Positions 52,441-60,830 of a stretch of 64,000 bases of DNA are shown one piece after another (positions within the stretch are counted from its first letter, which is position 1; each line of letters opens with the position of its first letter). The position numbers were made by a program, and so were the translations under genes. The notes below the pieces were generated by a model, which ran no database searches, had not been told where the DNA came from, and saw only the letters and a program-made list of their open reading frames with translations. The stretch lies in sequence record OZ335964.1; one strand, written 5' to 3'. The stretch comes from a phage.

Positions 52441-52508
52441 TTGATTCTCCTAGTGTGTTTCGTTTCGATATGTGCATTATGATATAGTCGTTTATGGTTG
52501 TCAACACC
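52441..52508 (-). promoter_or_regulatory. sigma70-type early promoter with conserved leader
   Basis: TTGACA - 17 nt - CATAAT - leader CAUAUCGAAACGAAACACAC - AGGAGAATCAAAA. Confidence 0.6.
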
Positions 52509-52539
52509 TAAAAACAAAAAACCCCGAAAAATTTTCGGG
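52509..52539 (-). terminator. rho-independent terminator (palindromic; possibly bidirectional)
   Basis: CCCCGAAAA-A-UUUUCGGGG followed by UUUUUUGUUUUU on minus strand, directly after stop of 52548..53018. Confidence 0.65.
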
Positions 52540-52547
52540 GTATAAAA

Positions 52548-53018
52548 TTACAGTTTGGTCGTCCACTCCAGGTCTAGATCTTCGACATACTCATGAGATC
52601 GGACAATCTCTAAATCGAACTCTAGGTCAGTGCCAAATTTACGCGCACCAACATCATAAGAAAGCGTGATATGCGGTACATATTCAGGATAATCCCACGT
52701 CGCGCCTAAAGCAGTTCCGATATCGTGTCTGAATTGCATGTAGTCGCTTTCAAATGCCAGCACAAGTGCATTAGTACCGGATTGAGTTTCAAACACTTTC
52801 AGATGACACAGAGAGCCTAAGAACTTTTCCCCTTCTTCTGGGATAAACGGAACATAGACACGAGAATATAAGATAGTGCTATGAAGTTTATCACGAGGAA
52901 CGGCATTAGGCAGATCGTAGAACTCCTGCAATTTTTCAATGCGGTCTAGTGTATCCTCAGTGAATTTAACCGCCGCATATGTACCTTTAACGGATTCTCG
53001 AAACGGGGTCATAATCAA
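52548..53018 (-). CDS. 57B: 2H phosphoesterase (gp57B/Acb1-like cyclic-nucleotide phosphodiesterase)
   Basis: 156 aa with two H-x-T/S-x motifs (LHSTILYS; PHITLSY); immediately downstream of 57A as T4 57B. Confidence 0.6.
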   Translation of the reverse strand: MIMTPFRESVKGTYAAVKFTEDTLDRIEKLQEFYDLPNAVPRDKLHSTILYSRVYVPFIPEEGEKFLGSLCHLKVFETQSGTNALVLAFESDYMQFRHDIGTALGATWDYPEYVPHITLSYDVGARKFGTDLEFDLEIVRSHEYVEDLDLEWTTKL

Positions 53019-53272
53019 GCCTCCGTGATCAGTTCTACTTCCTCTTCTGCGTCTTCGCCTTTAGGGAGAAGTGATTTCACTTCTTCGACAATAGCATCAA
53101 GGGAAACAGTGCCGTTTTCGTCTGGCTGAATACCCAGAATGCGTACCAGTTCCATCAATACACGCTCACGATCTTTCAGTTGGCCTTCTAAGAATGCGGC
53201 CTTTTCTTGAGTGTCAAACAGACGGACTTTCAGGACATTAATCATTTGTTCATGCTGATTGGACATATTCAC
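53015..53272 (-). CDS. 57A: gp57A-like tail-fibre assembly chaperone
   Basis: 85 aa coiled-coil ORF upstream of 57B and downstream of gene 1, as in T4; weak pattern match (...LFDTQEKAAFLEGQL...). Confidence 0.55.
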   Translation of the reverse strand: MNMSNQHEQMINVLKVRLFDTQEKAAFLEGQLKDRERVLMELVRILGIQPDENGTVSLDAIVEEVKSLLPKGEDAEEEVELITEA

Positions 53273-53299
53273 ATCTCCTACTTGTTGATAACTTTTTTA

Positions 53300-53956
53300 T
53301 TAAATGTTCGCGAGAATCGCGCTTTCAAATTCTTCTAATGTACCATTATTTATGATAATTGTTTCACCGTCAATAGGCACAATTCCTTTTTCGGTGGAGT
53401 GAGTAGATACAATACCAGTATCACGCTGAATATGCAACACCTTAGCACCCATAGAACGCATGAGAGCAATTTCAATAGGCTGGCGCACATCAACCACTAC
53501 AAAATACCCTTCTTCATTTTTGCGCTTCATAAACTCATTCACGAAGAGATTACACCAATAAAGCGGATTGATCAAGTTAACCATTATATCAGTACCGAGA
53601 GTGGTTAACATGAGACGAATAGACCAGACGTTATTATGTTTTTCGCCGATCTCATTAACGACCTTGTAAATCTCAGCCAGACGATCACAAGTAAAGGAAC
53701 TACCGCCATACTTCGAATCTAGCATAAGCAGACACTGAATAAACCACTTATGCGCGGTGTAGGTATCAATACCTAGATCGGCTTCTCTGTCACGCCCTAA
53801 CCCGTCAAAGTCAAGATAAGTCAGACCTAAGTCTGGTTGACATTCGCACAATATTTCTTTGATCGGTGCTGCCAGTTGATAACTATGTCCATCAATGATT
53901 AACGCGGCAGTGTCTTTTCCTACTCGCTTTTTACCACAAAGTGCAATCAATTTCAT
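53300..53956 (-). CDS. 1: deoxynucleoside monophosphate kinase gp1
   Basis: MKLIALCGKKRVGKDT P-loop start as T4 gp1 (MKLIFLSGVKRSGKDT); ...LMLTTLGTDIMVN... ~ T4 ...LMQALGTDLIVNN... Confidence 0.8.
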   Translation of the reverse strand: MKLIALCGKKRVGKDTAALIIDGHSYQLAAPIKEILCECQPDLGLTYLDFDGLGRDREADLGIDTYTAHKWFIQCLLMLDSKYGGSSFTCDRLAEIYKVVNEIGEKHNNVWSIRLMLTTLGTDIMVNLINPLYWCNLFVNEFMKRKNEEGYFVVVDVRQPIEIALMRSMGAKVLHIQRDTGIVSTHSTEKGIVPIDGETIIINNGTLEEFESAILANI

Positions 53957-53971
53957 TATATAAGCCTCTTA

Positions 53972-54562
53972 TTACTTTCTAAAAGCAGGGTGCATAGCTT
54001 TAATACCTTCCACCCGCTGACGATCCGCCGCCTGAATTGCAGGGCGAGGAACGATCAGTTGACCATCACGTTCAATGCTCATTGTTTTAAAGGGAAGAAT
54101 TGCAGTACACACCAGAGATTCATGCATATCATCGGTGTATGTTAACTCAAGTTCCCCCAATTGTGAACACCAACAACCATAAAAGTTAAAAGTGCACACA
54201 ATGTTACGGCGTTCGTTGTCCATCATGTGAACTTGAACGGCTTCCGGCATTGAATCCTTCCACGCAGTGGAGTTACCGTTATTGTAGTCTACTATAGAAA
54301 GCATCCATGTGTAAAGGTTTAGATAGCTTTCTAGATGTTCATCGACAATAAACCGAACGACCAACGGGTCAAACTCCACATGACTAGACGGATAATCAGC
54401 GACCGCCAAACCATATTGACCAGCAACTTGCTTAGTCGGTGGAATGGTTATAGCCGGAAGTGTAACACCTTGACAGTTTAAAGTAAAGCCTTTTGTTAGC
54501 TGTCCATCTGGAATATTGATCTGCCAGTTGCTAGGGTTAGCATAGTTAAAGAGATTAGACAT
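53972..54562 (-). CDS. 3: gp3-like tail completion/sheath stabiliser protein
   Basis: 196 aa ORF between genes 1 and 2, as T4 gene 3; by position and size. Confidence 0.5.
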   Translation of the reverse strand: MSNLFNYANPSNWQINIPDGQLTKGFTLNCQGVTLPAITIPPTKQVAGQYGLAVADYPSSHVEFDPLVVRFIVDEHLESYLNLYTWMLSIVDYNNGNSTAWKDSMPEAVQVHMMDNERRNIVCTFNFYGCWCSQLGELELTYTDDMHESLVCTAILPFKTMSIERDGQLIVPRPAIQAADRQRVEGIKAMHPAFRK

Positions 54563-54584
54563 TACTGATTCCTCAAATGAAAAT

Positions 54585-54592
54585 ATTTATTA
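54585..54592 (-). promoter_or_regulatory. late-promoter-like AATAAATA upstream of gene 3
   Basis: 7/8 match to TATAAATA on minus strand ~23 nt upstream of the gene 3 ATG in an AT-rich intergenic region. Confidence 0.35.
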
Positions 54593-54717
54593 ACAATTGT
54601 CGCTTCGCGACGTGCCGTAGGCACTGACTACTTTTTAACCGAAACAAATTTTTATTATTCTAAAGATCTTTCTTCGTTTTGGTTATGTTTTAACCAATAA
54701 CTATATTTTTATACAGT

Positions 54718-54725
54718 AATAAATA
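54718..54725 (+). promoter_or_regulatory. late-promoter-like AATAAATA upstream of plus-strand ORF
   Basis: 7/8 match to TATAAATA ~27 nt upstream of the ATG at 54752. Confidence 0.3.
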
Positions 54726-54751
54726 AAACGGGTACTATACGAGGACTTCTT

Positions 54752-55006
54752 ATGACAGAAGACATTTTGTTAAAACTCTATGATCGTTTGGATAACGAAT
54801 TAGCAACATTGCGGGGTGAAGTTCTCTATTTGTCTAAATGCAATACAGATCTGCTTAAGCAGATTGCAGAAAGGGATGATCAAATAAAATCCCTTTCAGG
54901 TGCATTACGTGATCGCGACAAGGCATTAGAGATTTTACAGCGTGTTACCAATAAGGAAGAATTAAAAGACTTCTTACATGGTTATGCTCATGCTATCGAT
55001 CTATAA
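54752..55006 (+). CDS. hypothetical coiled-coil protein (84 aa)
   Basis: Only plus-strand ORF in the early block with its own start, SD-like GAGGA and a following hairpin; convergent with the endonuclease-like gene. Confidence 0.4.
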   Translation: MTEDILLKLYDRLDNELATLRGEVLYLSKCNTDLLKQIAERDDQIKSLSGALRDRDKALEILQRVTNKEELKDFLHGYAHAIDL

Positions 55007-55009
55007 TAA

Positions 55010-55032
55010 AAAAGCCCGTCAATGACGGGCTT
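55010..55032 (-). terminator. terminator between convergent genes
   Basis: GCCCGUC-auu-GACGGGC followed by UUUUUUAUUAU on minus strand; weaker T-run on plus strand. Confidence 0.6.
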
Positions 55033-55036
55033 AATG

Positions 55037-56179
55037 TTAACTATTGATCATATCAATGACGTTTTGTAGCTCTGATATGGATAGCGTTTCTGTATATCCA
55101 TCGGGCATATCTTCTTTACTAACATAGAAACCTTTATACTTTTTCTTTATTGCACATTCCATAGAAAGAGCATCATCACCGTTATCGTATTTTTTATAAA
55201 ATGTCAACTCATGACGAAATATAGATTTTGAAGATTGGTTTTGTATTCTTTTTATTAATCTGTTGTTGGTTATACCAAATTTTATAGCAACCGCAACATC
55301 TTCTTTGTATAAAGTTTGTACATAAATGTATGCAGGTTTATTCCTCTTAAATCCATGATTGCTACACATAGGGCAACCGCTATTTTTTGATACGTAGTCT
55401 CCTAAGTTTGGCGTAAATTCATGTCCGCTACTACAACGCATTACCAATTTTGTTTTTAGCATTCCTCTATACTCACCGCCAACAAAATCAACAAATGTAT
55501 CACCTTTATCAATCGCCTTATCTGTTATTTCCTTTACTACTTGCTCAGTTGACTTCTTGTTTTTACCTGAACATAGTTTACATCTAGATCCATTAACTAA
55601 AAACGAGTGACCAGATGCAGTATATTCATGTCCATTAGGACATTTAACTAAGATATTTCTTTCATAAAAATCTTTATAATCAGACACATAGCCAATAACT
55701 TCGTGGTCTTTTTGGGCATTCCTCATCTCTGTTAGCAACTCTTCGCTATTCCAGCGTTTACCCTTAACGCAGAGACAACCATGACCTTGATAAAGATATA
55801 TAAATTTCTTAGTAAAGTTTTTGTTACAGTCAGGGCAGTGCATTAGTAATTCTGTCATTTGACCTGTATACCCTTTAGGAATATCGATCAATGTGTATTT
55901 TCCGCATATTGTCTTTAATGCATCATCTATTCTTTCTTTGGTCCAGCGTAAGCGACCAGTGCATTCATGACATTTTACACCCAGTCTAAGAGTATCTAAA
56001 CTAAATATAGTTGACGTATGTCCTTTATCACATTTTAACTTAAATCTAGTATCCTTTGCGTTGGTGTATTCTCCAACTAGACCATACCATTCATAACCAC
56101 ATGGGATATGTTCTTTTACCTTCTCTAGATATACACCGAACGGTCTAGGAACTGAATTAGGTTTTCTTTCTTTAGTCAT
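55037..56179 (-). CDS. zinc-ribbon-repeat protein with C-terminal T5orf172 (GIY-YIG-like) domain; putative free-standing endonuclease
   Basis: Four ~55-aa repeats each with G-H...C-x2-C (e.g. KCDKGHTS...KCHEC; KCPNGHEY...CKLC; RCSSGHEF...CPMC) then ...PAYIYVQTLYKEDVAVAIKFGITNNRLIKRIQ...; inserted between genes 3 and 2. Confidence 0.45.
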   Translation of the reverse strand: MTKERKPNSVPRPFGVYLEKVKEHIPCGYEWYGLVGEYTNAKDTRFKLKCDKGHTSTIFSLDTLRLGVKCHECTGRLRWTKERIDDALKTICGKYTLIDIPKGYTGQMTELLMHCPDCNKNFTKKFIYLYQGHGCLCVKGKRWNSEELLTEMRNAQKDHEVIGYVSDYKDFYERNILVKCPNGHEYTASGHSFLVNGSRCKLCSGKNKKSTEQVVKEITDKAIDKGDTFVDFVGGEYRGMLKTKLVMRCSSGHEFTPNLGDYVSKNSGCPMCSNHGFKRNKPAYIYVQTLYKEDVAVAIKFGITNNRLIKRIQNQSSKSIFRHELTFYKKYDNGDDALSMECAIKKKYKGFYVSKEDMPDGYTETLSISELQNVIDMINS

Positions 56180-56234
56180 ATTTTATATCCTGTAAATTAA
56201 AGCGCCGTCACCAGCGGCGCTATTTTTATAATCA

Positions 56235-57056
56235 TTAAAACAATTTCCACACCTTACGAGCATCATATTTCTTGTCTTTGCTCATAAACTGGTAGGTCGG
56301 AAGATACACGACCGTGCTCCAATCTTTTGGTGCGATCTCAATCAGTTTTGTTTGGATGTGTCCAGGCAAATATGCTTTGATCATGTGGTCTGCGCCTCTC
56401 ATACCTTTAACATCACTCCATTTAATTTTTAAACGAGTTTTATTACTAAGAGTAGGTGTACTCGCGTATTGTCGCAACAACGCTTCTAAGAACTGCTGGC
56501 GAGCTTTAGGTGGCGCATAGTGCAAGTTCAAACCTAGCATAATCTCGTTTCCCGCTTTAGATGTACCAAATCCTAGACAGATAATCAAGGGGTATCGGTC
56601 AAAGAATGGCAAAGAATCCCGATATTTTGGGTTATACGCATAAGTATAGATCCGTCCCACTTGTGGTTTTACTACCTGATGACCTTTTACACCCGCCTTG
56701 ATAGTCTTCATAAACCATTCTTGCGACTTCTCTTTAGGGCGACTCTTTGATACAGCACGCATAGACGCACGAAAATCATTAATCATCATCATTGCGCGTT
56801 GCTGCTTATTGAGACCCTTTGCGCCTTTCCCTTTTAGTTTTTCAACTTCTATTGCTGTTTTAATTTCGCTGGCATAACGAGACATACTTTTAGTGAAAGT
56901 TGCATAGGCTATTCCCTTAGAATCTGCAAATGCTTTAGCTGTCATGCCTTTGGCTTTTGCTTTCGCAAATTCTACACCCAATTCGACCCACTGTTTAGAC
57001 TTTCGTTTTTGGGGAGACGGCTTTTCGTCTTCTGTGATTATTTCAAATACGCTCAT
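56235..57056 (-). CDS. 2: gp2-like DNA end-protector protein
   Basis: 273 aa (T4 gp2 ~274 aa) immediately upstream of gene 4; assignment by synteny and size. Confidence 0.55.
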   Translation of the reverse strand: MSVFEIITEDEKPSPQKRKSKQWVELGVEFAKAKAKGMTAKAFADSKGIAYATFTKSMSRYASEIKTAIEVEKLKGKGAKGLNKQQRAMMMINDFRASMRAVSKSRPKEKSQEWFMKTIKAGVKGHQVVKPQVGRIYTYAYNPKYRDSLPFFDRYPLIICLGFGTSKAGNEIMLGLNLHYAPPKARQQFLEALLRQYASTPTLSNKTRLKIKWSDVKGMRGADHMIKAYLPGHIQTKLIEIAPKDWSTVVYLPTYQFMSKDKKYDARKVWKLF

Positions 57057-57067
57057 AATATTATCCT

Positions 57068-57541
57068 CTATTTGTTAAGCCCTTTAAAGCCAAATACTTT
57101 CTTTAATGCATGTTCGGTGATGATCTTAAACTCCATGTTATGCTTTTGGCATAATTTCACGGCAGCTAACCATTTTTCAGTATTTTTTGTGTACGTCCAT
57201 ACTTCATGCATATATCGTTGCTTTGTCTTTGCGGTCATTCTTTTTGGCTTTTCCGGTGGCCTTGTCTCTTTAGCTGGTTTAACTTCCCATAAATGCTCCT
57301 TGCCATCATCAAACTTAACGTAAAAATCCATAAAGTATCTGTGTCTTTTTCCGTCTGTTGATGACTCATAAGGAATTACTACGGTCTCAGATCCCCATTT
57401 TGCAACTCTAGGATTGCGGTCTAGCCACTGCATGATCCATCTTTCCCAGCTTGAACGGTATGTGATCTTACGTATATCCCCTTTATACTTTTCCTTATTC
57501 TCAGGAACATACTTACCCTTATAAGTGTTAGATCCTCCCAT
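57068..57541 (-). CDS. 4: gp4-like head completion protein
   Basis: 157 aa; divergent from gene 53 across a late-promoter region as in T4. Confidence 0.6.
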   Translation of the reverse strand: MGGSNTYKGKYVPENKEKYKGDIRKITYRSSWERWIMQWLDRNPRVAKWGSETVVIPYESSTDGKRHRYFMDFYVKFDDGKEHLWEVKPAKETRPPEKPKRMTAKTKQRYMHEVWTYTKNTEKWLAAVKLCQKHNMEFKIITEHALKKVFGFKGLNK

Positions 57542-57556
57542 TTTAGCACCCTTTAT

Positions 57557-57564
57557 TATAAATA
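57557..57564 (+). promoter_or_regulatory. late promoter TATAAATA for gene 53
   Basis: Exact consensus 32 nt upstream of the gene 53 ATG; a mirror-image GATAAATA on the minus strand (57573-57580) is 32 nt upstream of gene 4. Confidence 0.55.
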
Positions 57565-57596
57565 CATAATACTATTTATCAATTGAGGGTGCTAAA

Positions 57597-58151
57597 ATGC
57601 TCTTTTCTTTCTTCCCTGCCATTGAATACAACGGCAAGATGATTACTGACATTGTGCGCAATTACCGCGCATATTTCAACGCAATAATTTCTGATTATAA
57701 CATACAAACATATTACATTCAAGGTAGTCCACGACCGGAACAAGTTGCATATGAAGTATACGGAAACCAACAACTTTATTGGATCTTGCTGATGCTTAAT
57801 GACGTATACGATCCGTTCCATGACTGGATCACCGATCAAGAGACAGCATATGAATCAGCCGAACAACGATATGCAAACGTAGGAGGAAATCAAGTATTAT
57901 ACCACGTTGATATTGACGGAAACAAGTATTGGAATCTTACCGAATATCCGAAAGGATCAAGCAATTGGTATGATAAAGGGGATATTCATCACCGTTATTT
58001 GCAGTTTCATGGTGCATTATCGGCGGTAGACACACTGGAAGATGCGATCCTCCGCAATGAGGAACGACGCAAGATCAAGATCATAGATCCTACACAAATT
58101 AAACAATTTATTAACGCATTCATTCGAGAAATGGAAAAGGCTGATGTGTAA
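57597..58151 (+). CDS. 53: baseplate wedge protein gp53
   Basis: 184 aa; first late gene after divergent promoter, immediately upstream of gene 5. Confidence 0.65.
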   Translation: MLFSFFPAIEYNGKMITDIVRNYRAYFNAIISDYNIQTYYIQGSPRPEQVAYEVYGNQQLYWILLMLNDVYDPFHDWITDQETAYESAEQRYANVGGNQVLYHVDIDGNKYWNLTEYPKGSSNWYDKGDIHHRYLQFHGALSAVDTLEDAILRNEERRKIKIIDPTQIKQFINAFIREMEKADV

Positions 58152-58162
58152 GGTGATTAATT

Positions 58163-59962
58163 ATGCTAATGTTTAATAACTCCGTTAAATGGTTTACCGG
58201 AATTGTAGAAAACAGGGAAGACCCATTAATGCTGGGGCGCGTTCAGGTTAGGATTCATGGTATACATCCTTCGCTATCCGCACACGGTGACATTCAAGGT
58301 CTTCCAACCGAAGATCTATTATGGATTACGCCAGTACAAGATATTACAAGTGCGGCGATCTCCGGTATAGGTCAAAGCCCTACTGGTATTGTTGAAGGTT
58401 CAATGGTATTTGGTTTGGCTTTAGATGAACGTTATTTAAACTGCGTTATTCTTGGTACTATTGCCGGACAATATACAGAGAAACCACTCACGACAGAAGG
58501 TTTTTGTGACCCTTCTGGTGCATATCCTCGTTATATTGGTAATGATGTTAATATTCTTGCTCGTGGCGGTATTAACCCAGAAACCGGACAAACAACAAAA
58601 CCTGATAGTGTCTATATTCGAGATGAAAACACTGGAGTTGCCGTAAATCCAGACGACGAGCCATTAGACCAAATTCCGGTTGATGATAATCCTGATTTTA
58701 CAATAGAAAAAATGCTGCGGGGCGATGAGGGATATCGCGAGAAATGGTATCTTGATTCAGAAGGATATCCGACAATAGGCATCGGGCATTTGATCATTTA
58801 TAAGAAAACCAGTGATCTTGGTATTATCAATAATGAACTTTCTAAGCTGGTAGGGCGTGAAGTTACAAACGGAAGACTTACAGCCGAAGAAGTTAGTAAA
58901 GTATTTGCTGACGATATAGAAAAGACTCGTCGTGATATGCGCAAACATCCACGAATTGCACCTGTCTATAATAAATGTAATGCCTCACGTCGTATGGCAT
59001 TAGAAAATATGGCGTTTCAAATGGGTGTTGGTGGATTGGGTAAATTTAAGAATAGTCTTGCTGCGATGTTAGCGGAAGAATGGAAACAAGCCTATGATGG
59101 ATTACGTCAATCTGTATGGGCTAATCAAACTCCAGGACGCTCCAGCCGTGTTTCTAAAATTATTTTAACTGGTAACTTAGAATCATATGGCGTAATTGCT
59201 CCAAAGAAAGAGGAATCAATTTCGGATGATCCGCGAGCACGTTTAAGAAATGCCCGTATTGCTGCCTATAAGACACAGAGAGCAGAAGAAGACCCAGAAG
59301 CACCGTTTACCCCACAAGACACACGAATCATGTTTAAAGAGCCTAAGAGTTCGTATTCTGCAAGGTATCCTTATAACCATGTGTACGAGTCAGAGAGCGG
59401 TCATATTATCGAGATTGATGATACTCCTTCTCATGAGCGATATCATCGTAAACATCCTTCTGGTACATTTGAAGAAACCAGACCGGACGGAACGAGGGTA
59501 GAAAAGATTGAAGGTGATGATTATCTAATCGTTAAACAAGGCCGTAAAGTAAACGTTAAGGGTAATTTGCAAGTTGTTGTTGAAGGTGACGCGCAAGTTT
59601 ATTATATGGGTAATGTGATGCAAACCGTTGATGGTAACGTCACTGAATTTATTCGTGGCAATGTTAATCAGACCGTTGAAGGTACTGCTAACATGCATGT
59701 TGTCGGTGATGTTATCGCACAGCTTGACGCTAATTTGACGGCTAATGTCAAGGGTAATGCTGAATTAATGATCGAGGGTAACACTACAGAGACAATTAAA
59801 GGTAACTATGATTTAACCGTTGAGGGTAATTTTAATATGACCGTCAATGGCACTAAATCAGATCAGGTTAATGGTGACTGGTCCCGTAATTGTGGTGCAA
59901 GCGTTAAAGATATTGCATCTGGTACAGTTAAAATTGATGGTAGCCGTATTGATCTTGGGTGA
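58163..59962 (+). CDS. 5: baseplate hub/cell-puncturing protein gp5 with lysozyme domain
   Basis: N-terminal OB region, lysozyme domain YLDSEGYPTIGIGHLI and ENMAFQMGVGG (T4: WDTEGYPTIGIGHLI; ENMAFQMGVGG), C-terminal beta-helix repeats VxGNxxxx, ending DGSRIDLG (T4: DGSRIDIG). Confidence 0.95.
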   Translation: MLMFNNSVKWFTGIVENREDPLMLGRVQVRIHGIHPSLSAHGDIQGLPTEDLLWITPVQDITSAAISGIGQSPTGIVEGSMVFGLALDERYLNCVILGTIAGQYTEKPLTTEGFCDPSGAYPRYIGNDVNILARGGINPETGQTTKPDSVYIRDENTGVAVNPDDEPLDQIPVDDNPDFTIEKMLRGDEGYREKWYLDSEGYPTIGIGHLIIYKKTSDLGIINNELSKLVGREVTNGRLTAEEVSKVFADDIEKTRRDMRKHPRIAPVYNKCNASRRMALENMAFQMGVGGLGKFKNSLAAMLAEEWKQAYDGLRQSVWANQTPGRSSRVSKIILTGNLESYGVIAPKKEESISDDPRARLRNARIAAYKTQRAEEDPEAPFTPQDTRIMFKEPKSSYSARYPYNHVYESESGHIIEIDDTPSHERYHRKHPSGTFEETRPDGTRVEKIEGDDYLIVKQGRKVNVKGNLQVVVEGDAQVYYMGNVMQTVDGNVTEFIRGNVNQTVEGTANMHVVGDVIAQLDANLTANVKGNAELMIEGNTTETIKGNYDLTVEGNFNMTVNGTKSDQVNGDWSRNCGASVKDIASGTVKIDGSRIDLG

Positions 59963-59970
59963 GGTAACTA

Positions 59971-60537
59971 ATGGTTGAAATTCTTCCGATGAGTTCAAAA
60001 TTGGAGGATATCAGCGAGCGAGAAATCTTTGAGGTGGTGTTCTCTTATAAAGCAACGCCACCGGATGCAAATACCACATACACGATTAAAGAGTTTAAGA
60101 TCAGCGAGTATCGCCCTAATAAGGGCGTTACCGTTGAAGAAACTAAAATATCTGGTGAGTATCGGGATAGTTTTTCGCTTGGCGCGGATTCTCTTAAATA
60201 TATAACGAAAGATCGAATTAAAAAATCTGCCGGAAGTTTTGATGATTTACCAGATCCAACTACCGCAGATCTATATTATTTTAACGCTCCTACACGTCTA
60301 CAGGAGGTGTATACTTATAAAGTAACCCTAACCTATATCCAATCTGTTTCAGAGTCTTCTGGTGGTTCCGGTGAAGGAAATAGTGGTGGTTCCAATAGCC
60401 GAGAGGGTGCTGGTGAAACTAATCCGCCTCCGGTAGTAACCGAGCACACAATAGAGAAAGTTTATACTCAAACCGTTTTTGGAAATTGGGATGTGTGGGC
60501 GCAGCAACTAAGAGATTATGTACATAGGGGTGTTTAA
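59971..60537 (+). CDS. gp5.1-like baseplate-associated protein
   Basis: 188 aa ORF between 5 and 5.4; Gly/Ser-rich C-terminal stretch; assignment by position. Confidence 0.4.
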   Translation: MVEILPMSSKLEDISEREIFEVVFSYKATPPDANTTYTIKEFKISEYRPNKGVTVEETKISGEYRDSFSLGADSLKYITKDRIKKSAGSFDDLPDPTTADLYYFNAPTRLQEVYTYKVTLTYIQSVSESSGGSGEGNSGGSNSREGAGETNPPPVVTEHTIEKVYTQTVFGNWDVWAQQLRDYVHRGV

Positions 60538-60830
60538 TGGCTGGATTATCCTACGATAAAGCTAAAACTACAGGGCACGGAAACTACCCACCTACGGTAA
60601 TTAATGCAACTCAATCTAAGGTATTTGTTGAGGGTATCCCTGTATTAGTCGAAGGAGACCCAATTACACCACATACAAAAACAACGAAGCCTTATGATAC
60701 ACACGGGGGAACTACGGTCGCCAGTACCCCGAAAGTATTTGTTACCGGAAAGAAAGCAATTCAAATGGCAGATCGTATTAGCTGTGGCGATACCGTCGCT
60801 GTGGCATCACCGAAGGTATTCATAAAATGA
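60537..60830 (+). CDS. 5.4: PAAR-repeat spike tip protein gp5.4
   Basis: 97 aa, repeated ...[10 protein letters not shown].../...PKVFVTGK.../...PKVFIK; same size and position as T4 gp5.4. Confidence 0.65.
   Translation: MAGLSYDKAKTTGHGNYPPTVINATQSKVFVEGIPVLVEGDPITPHTKTTKPYDTHGGTTVASTPKVFVTGKKAIQMADRISCGDTVAVASPKVFIK

Noticed and set aside
23533-52508. CRISPR array
   Set aside because: The repeated 60-75 bp elements are separated by kilobases of coding sequence, are not direct repeats with short unique spacers, and contain promoter hexamers and SDs. They are regulatory cassettes, not CRISPR repeats.
54563-54751. Origin-like or packaging-site repeat in the AT-rich intergenic region between gene 3 and the plus-strand ORF
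   Set aside because: It is AT-rich with late-promoter-like motifs, but I found no iterated direct repeats or extended palindrome. Treated as a divergent promoter region only.
1551-57323. Many plus-strand ORFs inside the minus-strand gene block (e.g. 1551..1907, 1976..2422, 3479..3700, 5210..5503, 8547..8777, 13768..14170, 17688..18200, 24802..25191, 30315..30686, 45722..46075, 46110..46463, 57009..57323)
   Set aside because: All are fully embedded antisense to well-supported genes, lack SD sequences and show no conserved motifs. The early block is uniformly minus-strand.
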